This document shows, piece after piece, positions 13,282-24,035 of a stretch of DNA of 64,000 bases (positions within the stretch are counted from its first letter, which is position 1; the number at the start of each line of letters is the position of its first letter). The DNA lies in contig JAQGDQ010000387.1 of the NCBI GenBank assembly GCA_030141605.1, forward strand, positions 1-64,000. The letters run 5' to 3'. The notes under the pieces were generated by a model that ran no database searches, was not told the DNA's origin, and was given only the letters and a program-made list of their open reading frames with translations. The position numbers were made by a program, and so were the translations under genes. Source of the stretch: Tubiluchus corallicola. Taxonomy: Eukaryota; Animalia; Priapulida.

Positions 13282-15419
13282 CATAGGATACGCGTTTTCT
13301 GAGAAGAATAAGAATTTCTTAACTCTGGACCCATAAAATTTGGTGCCCCTGAAAATGTGGCGCCCTAGGCTACAACCTAATTAGCTCATTGCAAAATGTG
13401 CAACATTACACGTGTCAAATGAGGTACCCTCTTACCAGAATTAAATTAATATTACTGCTAGTATCGTTTACTGCTTAATAAGAAAGTCATAAATGTAGCT
13501 TTTTTTATCTAAATACCTTCTCTGTCTCTTTTTACAATTCAGCCTTAAATTTGATAGTTTCACTGATAAAGATTAGCTAGGACATTTTCAGAGAATCTTC
13601 ACTGCCGATTAAAGAAGCCATTCACCTAGGTGTAACACTGTAGCAGCTAATCAAGCACATGACAATGAATTCAACGATCGTATCCGTTAGCAAGGATCGG
13701 ATTCCAACTTTCTGCTGGATAAAAACAGTGTCAGGTGATAAACACTACCTGGGCTGTTCGCTCATTATAGACGCTTGGCTGTAGGAGCAAACGGTACTGG
13801 GTGATCCAAATAAATCGTGCAAAACACGTTGACCGTTCAATTTTTTCTTTAAAATAGATTAATATTAAAATATCCGTCACTGAAATAGTTGATGGATCTA
13901 ATATTAATATGAAATAATTGACCAAAGAGAATTTTGGATGATTTTACTGCCCAGGGTGTTTGCTTCACTGAGGAAGTATATATTGCGCATACACATCTGA
14001 ACATAAAACACCTCGGCTAGTTCACTGCCTCATAGCGGAAAATTGTCCTAGATAATGAAATAGATTTCAGACGCAACCGTCGAAGTTAAGTAGGTCTCAA
14101 TGTTGAGTGCAGAATTCCGTCTTGTGGAGTGGCGAACTGGAAAAAAGGCCAGTTCATCAACAGCTGAACAGAAGCTCGAAGAGATTTTGTTCATAGTAGC
14201 AGCCCGTTCAAGCTTTAAATTCGAATTTAATGCTTCTTGCAGAACAAAAATAGCTGGCTGATGAAAAAGAACAACAAATTCTCTGCATTTTCACTGATTT
14301 GAAAGAAAAGCGTGAAATTAAAGGAAGACGGGATGATTTTTCATATACTACCCCATTTTCAAGTCTGATAAAAAGCATACGTTTTAACAAAGTTGTTACT
14401 GCAAAAGTGTTTCTGATAATTAAATAATAGATTAAAAACTTAATTAACGGCAGGCGAGCTCAAATATTGATGGCATCACAAACTAACATAATTTTCAACA
14501 TAAAAAAATATTCCACGAGCATGTTGCATGTGTTTGCAAAGCTAAAATTGAAGTACAGTGCTATTCAGTGTGTTGTACTAAAACTAGGCAAGCTTTAAAA
14601 TAAAAAGTCAAATTCCAAATTTACCACTGTGCTCACGCATGAGCTGTCGAACGTGTGTAGTTCGTCACAAACTAATACATCTAAACTGAGAGATACAGCA
14701 CCTGTTTTTGTACAATGCGTTTCCGAAATGCAGGCACTAGTGCTCGTCTAACTAACGAATGGCGAAATGCATGTAACAGCGAAGAACTAGTGGCGCGAAC
14801 GCGAAATTGTGTTTGTGTCGTAGTAATTCCTTCACACAAGTCATTTTTGCAAAAAAATGTATGTTTTCTTTCAATATTTTGAAGAGTAGATTGTTTTGAC
14901 CTGCAGTTTAAGATTGGACACGGTTTTGCTTTAACATTCTCAGTAGAGAGTAGCTTTATCATCTATTTACTTAGTGAATGGTGGCCAAGTTTCCAATTTA
15001 TTATTTATTATTAATAGTTAATATTACGATGAAATTTATTTTGAAATGTTGCGCTGTTGGTAACGATAACGATTCAATGCATGGCAAGTAAAGAGTTATA
15101 AGCGCTCGTTTCCATTACCGAAAGAGAAGACTTTTATCAGAAAATTCACCAATGTGAGACGTATTTATCGGACAAGGCCGGTGGAAAAAGAACAAGGTAC
15201 TATATAAGATTCAGTATGGAGAAAAAGTTTCATGAGTGCCTTGCGTGATTAACGACACTGACCATATAGTCTGACATAAGCTAACCTAACTGAAATCTAG
15301 TTTCAGTCTAACCTGGCATTGGTGTAGCGCATAAATTGAACGAGATTTTAGTCCTTCTTTTTGTTGTTTCTAATTCTTCTGTGCGAAAAATTTTATTATG
15401 TAGTCTCGTATCTTAAATA

Positions 15420-16860
15420 TGCTGTTATCCTTAGCTGCTATTCGTGTGGCCACTGTTATCCTTTGCTGTTATTCGTGTGGCCACTGTTATCCTTTGCTGC
15501 TATTCATGTGGCCACTGTTATCCTTTGCTGTTATTCGTGTGGCCACTGTTATCCTTTGCTGTTATTCGTGTGGCCACTGTTATCCTTTGCTGCTATTCAG
15601 GTGGCCACTGTTATCCTTTGCTGCTATTCGTGTGGCCACTGTTATCCTTTGCTGTTATTCGTGTGGCCACTGTTATCTTTTGCTGCTATTCGTGTGGCCA
15701 CTGTTATCCTTTGCTGCTATTCATGTGGCCACTGTTATCTTTTGCTGCTATTCGTGTGGCCACTGTTATCCTTTGCTGCTATTCGTGTGGCCACTGTTAT
15801 CCTTTGCTGCTATTCGTGTGGCCACTGTTATCCTTTGCTGCTATTCATGTGGCCACTGTTATCCTTTGCTGCTATTCATGTGGCCACTGTTATCCTTTGC
15901 TGTTATTCGTGTGGCCACTGTTATCCTTTGCTGTTATTCGTGTGGCCACTGTTATCTTTTGCTGCTATTCAGGTGGCCACTGTTATCTTTTGCTGCTATT
16001 CGTGTGGCCACTGTTATCCTTTGCTGCTATTCATGTGGCCACTGTTATCCTTTGCTGTTATTCGTGTGGCCACTGTTATCCTTTGCTGTTATTCGTGTGG
16101 CCACTGTTATCCTTTGCTGCTATTCAGGTGGCCACTGTTATCCTTTGCTGCTATTCAGGTGGCCACTGTTATCTTTTGCTGTTATTCGTGTGGCCACTGT
16201 TATCCTTTGCTGTTATTCGTGTGGCCACTGTCATCCTTTGCTGCTATTCAAGTGACCATTGCTATTCCTGTAGCCACAGTTACACGCTGCTCTGCTATTT
16301 CAGCTGCCACCACTATCTTTGCTGCTATTTTTGTGACATTCGTTATCCTTTACTGCTATTCCTGTGGCTATTGCTATCGTTTACTGCTATTCCTGTGGCT
16401 GCTGTTATCCTTTCCTACTATTCCTGTGGCCATTGCTATTGTTTCCTGCTATTCCTGTGACCACTGCTACCCTTTCCTGTTATTCCTGTGGCCACTGCTA
16501 CCCTTTTCTGCTATTTCTGTGGCCAATGCTACCTTTTCCTGCTATTCCTGTGGCCAATGCTACTCTTTCCTGTCATTTCTGTGGCCACTGCTATCCTTTC
16601 CTGCAATTTCTGTAGCCAATGCTACTCTTTCCTGTTATTCTGTGGCCACTGCTACCCTTTCCAGCTATTTCTGTGGCCAATGTTACCTTTTCCTGCTATT
16701 CCTGTGGCCACTGCTACCCTTTCCTGCTATTTCTGTGACCGCAGCTACCCTTTCCTGCTATTCCTGTGGCCACAGCTACCTTTTCCTGCTATTCCTGTGA
16801 CCAATGCTATCCTTTCCTGCTATTCCTGTGGCCACAGCTACCCTTTCCTGCTATTCCTAT
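15420..16860. repeat. 31-bp minisatellite (TGCTGCTATTCGTGTGGCCACTGTTATCCTT), about 46 units
   Basis: Directly visible; homogeneous to ~16250, then a diverged variant. Confidence 0.95.
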
Positions 16861-17474
16861 GACCGCCGCTTCTACTACTTTTGCAGTCGCAACATCCCCT
16901 GCTGCCATTCCTGCAACCGCCACTACACACATCTCCTGCCCGTGTTGCTCCAATTTCCTAATACCGTGCCATTTTAGCAACTGCCGTGTTTTTATTTATT
17001 TGTTGCCCTGCAATCTGCTGGCGCTAGTTTATCAAAGAAGCAGCTTATTACGCCCGACAACACAACAGTTTATAAGACAGAACCTCCGTTTAATTTGCAT
17101 ATGAATGCTGCTCGCTAGCACCAGTGCAATAGACAGATAACACGCATCAGCATTCGTTAGATCGACTCTTTGAAGACAGGCGGTAAGACTTTGTAGAAGA
17201 CATTTCAGAAATTTTGTACACCGCGTTGGGTAAATGTGGTTCTTGATAATCATCTGCGCTTGGAGACTTAGGACTTATTCGCTCCCCTAACGTGATTACA
17301 GCCATTTTGTGGTCAAAGCTTTGATCTTGGGTTTTTTCCCCGCCTAGAAATTATCTGTTTGTGAAATTTGCGACTTAACGTTCGTGCGGAGTTTAGAGTG
17401 ATGCGTGTTTAGGCAATATGCGTAATGCGCGTTACGCCTTACGTTACCAATAACGTGTAACTTTCATGGATGTA

Positions 17475-17662
17475 AAGTGGCGTTTAACGGACATCCGAAA
17501 TGCGTATGCGTTATGGATAAGAATCAGTTTATATTAGTTTCAGTGCACACATTCATCAGACCTGCGTTATGCGTTATCTTTCTGCAGGTATTAATTCTTT
17601 ATACCCAGCTGTTTCGCAAGTGGATAACGCATGCCGCATTCCGGATGTCAGGTAATCACGTA
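17475..17662. mobile_element. Degenerate inverted-repeat MITE, possibly related to the 11735 element
   Basis: GACATCCGAAATGCG..TATGCGTTAT is mirrored by ATAACGCATG.CGCATTCCGGATGTC; starts TAA-AGTGGCGTT like the 11735 TIR. Confidence 0.45.
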
Positions 17663-17893
17663 AAAGCTCAGTACGCTACGCACTGGCACGTGCCGGTCCT
17701 GGTTCAACAACTATACGAAGCCATACATTTGTGTTAATTTGACCAAAGAAGCCATAAAACAGGTTGCAGAGTACTTCATGGGACAAACAACTTTGGCGAT
17801 TTAAAGGAAGACAGGATGATTTCTCCATTTCATACTACTCCATTTTTTAGACCGATAAAAGTATTCATTTACTTATATTCATTCTACACATTC

Positions 17894-17957
17894 TATATAT
17901 ATATATATATACATACATGCATGCATGCATGCATACATACATACATACATACATACA

Positions 17958-17993
<36 letters not shown>

Positions 17994-18016
17994 TATAGAA
18001 ATATATATATATATAC
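17894..18016. repeat. (TA)n-(TACA)n-(TA)n microsatellite
   Basis: Directly visible. Confidence 0.95.
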
Positions 18017-18286
18017 TAGTGTTGCTAGTGTCTTAAATTAATTTTATTGATTTTATTATGTGTTACATATTATATTATAACATATTGTTTTACTTTTGGT
18101 GTATATATGTAAAATGCTTGTACTATGTACTATGCTAAAACACTGATAGTGCCAATGTAACCAATAAGAGAACGAAAATTTATCAGACTGAAAATTTATT
18201 TCGTATTTTGACATAATATACAACCATGATAAATATAATTAGTTAAAACGATATATAATTACCAATTTTGGTATTATAATAGGGCA

Positions 18287-18604
18287 TTTGACTATTACAC
18301 GTATATTAATGAATTTTGCTGTGCATTTTCTCAAAAAATGGTGATTTAGGTCATACATAAATATAAAATATTGATATACATATGATACAAAATTTGACTA
18401 TTACACGTATATTAATGAATTTTGCTGTGCATTTTCTCAAAAAATGGAGATTTAGGCCATACATAAATATAAAATATTGATATTCATATGATACAAAATT
18501 TGAATATTACACGTATATTAATGAATTTTGCTGTGCATTTTCTCAAAAAATGGTGATTTAGGCAATACATAAATATAAAATATAGATATTCATATGATAC
18601 AAAA
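18287..18604. repeat. 106-bp tandem repeat, 3 copies
   Basis: Units start at 18287, 18393 and 18499 (TTTGA.TATTACACGTATATTAATGAATTTTGCTGTGC...). Confidence 0.9.
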
Positions 18605-21600
18605 TAAAAAAGTATAAAAATTCACCATCCTATCTATAATTTACGCCACACAGCACCAATACATTGCCATGTTAGTTTGGAAACCGTAAACATTGTAAGT
18701 TTGTTAGACAAATGTGTCAAAATCAAACACAAAATGCTGTAAATGGTGACATTTTTTTACTGTACATTATTACATTCGAAATTAAATTCGAAAGCATTGG
18801 AGGGAGACACTTAAAAACACAATTACGAAGACCACTATCACTTTTCCAACAGCATTACAGACGTGGATTCATCTCGCTTGGAAAATAATGCCTCCTTTTA
18901 CCAGGCCATTATTACAATCATCAGCGTACAGATTGTGGGTAACCACTATTCCTAAACCCAATGAACCAGAAGCAAGAAATAGATAAATTGTAAAAGCTAT
19001 TGATCTAAAGATACGCAAGGATAATTGTTCAAATGTATCAGCCATTGCACAAAGTAATCAAGAGTCTATTCATTTCCACACTGCATCTTACAATTAATAC
19101 TAAAATACAGATAATTTTCCCGTAAAGTAAATATAAATACAAATGCAATATAGTCCAGAAAATACAAATAAAGAGGCTTTAGCAGCTAGCATATACACGT
19201 GTAAATCACATTACACAATAACTTTGATGCATACAGATTGAACTTAAAAGCATAGCTCGACAGGCCAAACTGTACGTGGAAATCTTAAAAAAGGATTCAT
19301 AAGTGAGATAATGATAATATATACATAGATGTGGGAGGAGTAGTGAGTGTAAGATGAAACCGAGCGATCACACTGTTAATGAAGGCATCACTGTAACCCG
19401 TGAATTTGGGTTTAATAAAAGCTAACCTTATAATTCAAAACAATTGGACTTACAAAGGCCTATCGCTTTGCCAAATTTGGCGACAATACTGCCGTGCAAA
19501 AATGAAAGAGCAGTAAGCATAAGCTCTGGTATAAAATTTGGTTTTGAGCAAAATGCAGTTGAAGTTTGCAATATTGCCTCCAAATAATTATACCGTTAAT
19601 GCAAATGGAATTTCCCACACAACATAAGAATATAATTGGTTGCTATTGTGCAAAAACAAAAGCCAAGAAATTCGTTATAAATACAGTTAAAAGCGTTCAA
19701 CTTTGGCAGGTACTGCTCTTTACCCCGTTAGGCCAACAATGGGTCCCATGTAAGTTTCTCACATAGTCAAACGGCAGTATAAGCATTTAAATTTGTGCTC
19801 TAATGGAACATGGGCCAAAAATGTAATGAAGATAGTGCTATTTAGTCTGCAGGAATACTGAAAATTACTGCTTTTATTTCTGCTACAGTGAGGACCTAAA
19901 AGTGCTCATTCTGGTAGACTCTGGACAGTTACTGCCTTTAGTTCTGTAAAGGGCATTGTTTTGGCACACCCTGTCACTGTAAATTACTCATTGCGCAAAA
20001 CCTACTGCTTAAAATGAAATTTCATTATAACAACAAAAAAGAGCCCCATCTGTTTCGTTAGTATGCATCAAAACTTTAGTTTTGTTAAAAGTGTAGTTAC
20101 TGTTCATTATTTTTGCACGTCAGTATAGCTATCCGTTTGTATTCTATTGTCAAGACGGACACACAGACACACAGACGCGACTAAACGCCCTACCCCGTGT
20201 ACAGATTACCCATGGACACGCGCAATGAGACCAAGTTATTAAACTTGAACACATATGAGAACGCACGATTTCAGTGTGTCCGGGGATCAATAGTATTTAA
20301 TCACTGTAAATTCGTGTCTTTTGGCGGCAAAAGGCAAAGCTTAATTAGTCCGAACTTAACAATAAAATCTTGACGAGTTTTAGTAATTAACTCACAAGAT
20401 CTGTGACACGGATGCTGGGAGAAACAGGACGTCCATTGAACTGCACGAAATCCATGCGAGAAACCAACAATCCTTCAACGAGTAGCAGTCTGTTCAGTCA
20501 TCAGAATTCTGAACAACTACAATAAGGAGGCGGCTTGATGAAAGAAGCAAGAAGAGGCCGTCGATAGTTGGAAAAGTATAAAGTCGGAAAAAATAGACCC
20601 CCGCGTTCTGAGTGGTAAACACCGTTTACGCCAAACACAAAATACCCTTACACGCCACGAACTTTCAAGATCCGGGTCTAAATTAAACACAGCCTAAGGG
20701 TCCGCTACAGGTAGTGGACTTATCGTAACGACCTCCCGGATGTGATTTCAGAAGCTCTGCACAGTCAGGGCCGCAAACACAACACAATTCCCGTTATGTA
20801 TCTCTTCGCTACGCTCTACAAGCACATCACAACTATCGTCTACACGACAAACAGAAGTACAACTGGACAAAGCCCATAAAGGTGTGAAACTAATAAAGAA
20901 GATCCAGGACGCATTGCGAATCTTCTACATGGCGTAGACAGGGGTTTAGTGTATCAACAGACTAGTTTCTTGAAAAAGTCTTCCTCACCTCATAGCATTT
21001 GGTTCACGCTGCGGCTGCAAAGATCTTTTGTTTTTCAAACCCCAATAAATGGACTGCCCTACGAGTTGGGTTGGAGAGAATGAGAAGTTTTCAGCATTCT
21101 TCGTCAGCTGTTCAAGAAAGATCCAGTGTGAATGAAACTCTAGATAGCTCCCAACATAATGTGAACAGTTCGGACTGAAGTTGGTCCTAATTTGGACTAA
21201 CCTTGCCATAACTGATCGTGAATCGGATATCAATAAACAACAACATTGCACTCACACAAGTAGAAGGCCTTGCATCGAGAACTGATGAACGTAGTTAAGT
21301 GGTCTAAAGCAGAGGAAATTTGCACTGGTGTGCTTATATGGTCAACGGGGAATACAGCACCGGATCAAAGTCAGCTGAGCTATAAATGGTTCCATACAAA
21401 TCATTCACCACAAAAGTATAATTTTCTAAAATGCATTATGCATTAAAGTCGATACTTATTCTAGGGGCAAGTAGGGCACAGTCAAACGTGGGGTAAAGTT
21501 TCAAAACACGTTTTAAGCCATTTTGTTGAGCTTCAAAGCTGAGGATCTTTGTTCTAATGCAGCAGATTTTCAGACTTCCTTGGGTAACTAAGCAGCAGAA

Positions 21601-22664
21601 ATGATCATCACTCCTAGAAGTTTGTCTTCAATTTTGCCGAACAAAGCACAACACATCCTACCTACTCAAACACAAGTCAATTACTACCATTGTTGAAGGC
21701 TTTGTGCCGTTATGATTAAAACGGAACGTCTCTTTATACTGACTGATTAACCTTGAGGTAACACATAGCCAAGCGGATTAATGTTTGAGGCGGATTTAGG
21801 CGTGATTAATTCCAAATCTTGTTAGAGTAATGGATTTTTTCAAAAGCGCGACATCGCTTGATAACACCCTGTTGCTGTTTTTCTATGCTGACAGAAGAAA
21901 GAATGTTCTGAACCGAAGTAGTGATAGCAAACAGCTTCAAAATGAAGAAAAATTCAAGAAGTTCAAGTCGGCAAAGTTATTTCGCTGGTTAACATTTTAT
22001 TCAAACCAACCTTTAACTTAAAAAGTACCAAATTCAACCTGGCAACCGGAATGTATGCTTCGGTAACACAAGCAGTGCTTACCATTCTCTTTTTATAGTT
22101 AAAAACAAGGCCTCGTATCAAAAAAAAGCACCTAAAAATGTGATTTCTAACCTTTCCCGGTTTGTGATAAGAATGCCAGGTCGCGATAGTCTGGAGAAAA
22201 AATCAGAAATGAAAAAATTGTGGATACATTACTTACACAACAATGAAATGCATTACTTAGTACATTTTGAACTTTACATAAATCTTAAGCTAATCTGTTC
22301 AGCTAGTTAGATTTGTAAAAATTTGAATAAACAAACATTATAGATACACAAATGCAGACAGCCAGAATCCTAAAATTCAGTTACGCAAAATCCCATGATA
22401 CAAGACTTGTGGTACCAAGAGTGGCACCAGTAAAACTGACGTAGAAAAGTGCAGAAATTAAAAAACAAATTCTTGGATGATGAAGCCAATTAGACAATAT
22501 AATAAACAAACTAAATCAAAGTAGGTATGCTGTGCAAGCACTACACTGCACCTTGATTTTCAGGCCTAATTACTACCTTCTGCGGACTTATAAATCGGTT
22601 ATTTTGTGATACACAACTAAATATCAGTCAACTTACAATAAAATAATATTCTAACAAAATCGAG

Positions 22665-23100
22665 ATTGAACAATGTATTAAATTTAAGATACTACTTCTT
22701 GTACTTAAGCCTTCATGGCAAGGCATTTGGTTAAATTAGTCACATGATTAGTCCAAAAAACTGTTACATTCTTAGATCAAAAGATGATGTTTTGCTTACG
22801 GTTCCTAGAGTGCGCTGTCCCACTATGGGTGATAGGTCATTTGCTGTTGCAAAACCAAATCTGTGGCGCATTCTACCTGCTCACGTAAGGACACTTACAA
22901 AAACTACTGCTTTTAAAAAACAGATTAAAAATACTTATTTAAAATAGCGTACAATCTTTAAAGCGATCAAATTTGCGAACTTTTTTAATTCTGCCATGAT
23001 GATTTTAGATATTTTTGTGTAGAGGTTTTGAGCATGAAGCCGTTTTTCTGTCTCCATAGATTTAGACGCTATACAAAATAATAATAATAATAACAATAAT
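22665..23100 (+). mobile_element. 5'-truncated L2/CR1-group LINE remnant (ORF2 C-terminus, 3' UTR, (AAT)n tail)
   Basis: Frameshifted translation IEQCIKFKILLLV.K..HG...LRSKDDVLLTVPRVRCPTMGDRSFAVAKPNLWRILPAHVR...FKKQIKNTYLK matches the recognisable L2 ORF2 end (KFKILLL...GDRAF...LWN.LP...FK..LKT). It is followed by a TGTAGAGGTTTTGAGC...GACGCTATACAAAAT motif and an AAT repeat. Confidence 0.8.
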
Positions 23101-23198
23101 AAACACCGGTTCTCGTCTGATCACCGAAGTTAAGCAACGTACAGCCTGGTTAGTACTTGGATGGGTGACCGCCTAGGAATACCAGGTGCTGTGGGCTT
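23101..23198 (+). pseudogene. 5S rRNA-derived sequence (lacks roughly the first 20 nt)
   Basis: AAACACCGGTTCTCGTCTGATCACCGAAGTTAAGCAACG...GTTAGTACTTGGATGGGTGACCGCCTAGGAATACCAGGTGCTGTGGGCTT is recognisable metazoan 5S. Box A and box C are retained, and no oligo-T terminator follows. Confidence 0.9.
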
Positions 23199-23673
23199 GC
23201 GGGATGCCCACACTGTATCTCGACACTAGGCGGAGGAGTTGCACAAGCAGCCAACGGCTAGAGGGCGGAGGAGGTCAAGTGACCCAACGGCCATGTGTAG
23301 AGGTGGAAACCTCCCAAATCAGGAGTGGAGCCCTGAAGGCGGACCAGTGCGGACTCAACCTTCCGGCAGCTCCTGCAGCCAACCTGGTGCCAAACATGTC
23401 GCTCCGCTTTTCTTCGGACTACACCAGGGAGGAAGAGAGGGGTTCCTGTTGTCTGGGCAACTCAGGATCTCAATACACCTTGCCCAGGCATGCACCCTGG
23501 AGAGGCCACTCCAGTGTCACTGCTCCAGTGACAGAAACAACACGGGAGGCAGCGGTTATGAGTTATAAGACTGCTCAGCCACAGTCGACGTTGCAGCTCC
23601 ATCAATGTGATCAATAACTGACTCTCTTGGCGCACACTCCATTGTCTTCCGAGACAGAAGGATGCCAACAACA
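23101..23673 (+). mobile_element. 5S-headed SINE-like (SINE3-type) element with a GC-rich body and short (AAC)n tail
   Basis: The 5S head runs directly into a ~470-bp GC-rich body ending in the hairpin TGTCT-TCCG-AGACA and GGATGCC-AACAACA, then the sequence returns abruptly to AT-rich DNA. Confidence 0.6.
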
Positions 23674-23912
23674 TTATTAAAAGGAAAATTAAAAACTCGG
23701 TCTGAGCTATGTGTGTATCGGTGAGTGTGTGCATGCGTGCGTGCGTGTGCATATGTGCCTGCTTTTAAAATAATCTATGCTGTGCATTACTATTTTGTAA
23801 AAAAGCGTGTATTAATACTAACTGAAGTTACACGTTGTTAAAGTTTCAATCAGAAATAAGTTATTGTGCATATAAATTTTTCATAGTATAGAGACTTCTA
23901 ATTTTTGCTCTT

Positions 23913-24035
23913 AATTGCATGTTTGTAAGTACACATGCATTTAATGTAAAACCATACAATTGCATGTTTGTCATGCACATGCATTTAATGTAAAACCATA
24001 CAATTGCATGTTTGTAATGCGCATGCATTTAATAC
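23913..24035. repeat. ~44-bp tandem repeat, about 3 copies
   Basis: AATTGCATGTTTGT...CATGCATTTAAT recurs three times. Confidence 0.8.

Noticed and set aside
15361-16800. 479-aa Cys-rich metallothionein- or keratin-like protein
   Set aside because: The unit length (31) is not a multiple of 3, all frames give the same peptide, and the ORF has a non-ATG start; treated as a minisatellite.
23101-23198. Functional 5S rRNA gene
   Set aside because: It lacks the 5' end, has no oligo-T terminator, and is a solitary copy fused to other sequence.
23186-23617. 143-aa and 109-aa ORFs
   Set aside because: Non-ATG starts in a GC-rich SINE body, with no recognisable domain.
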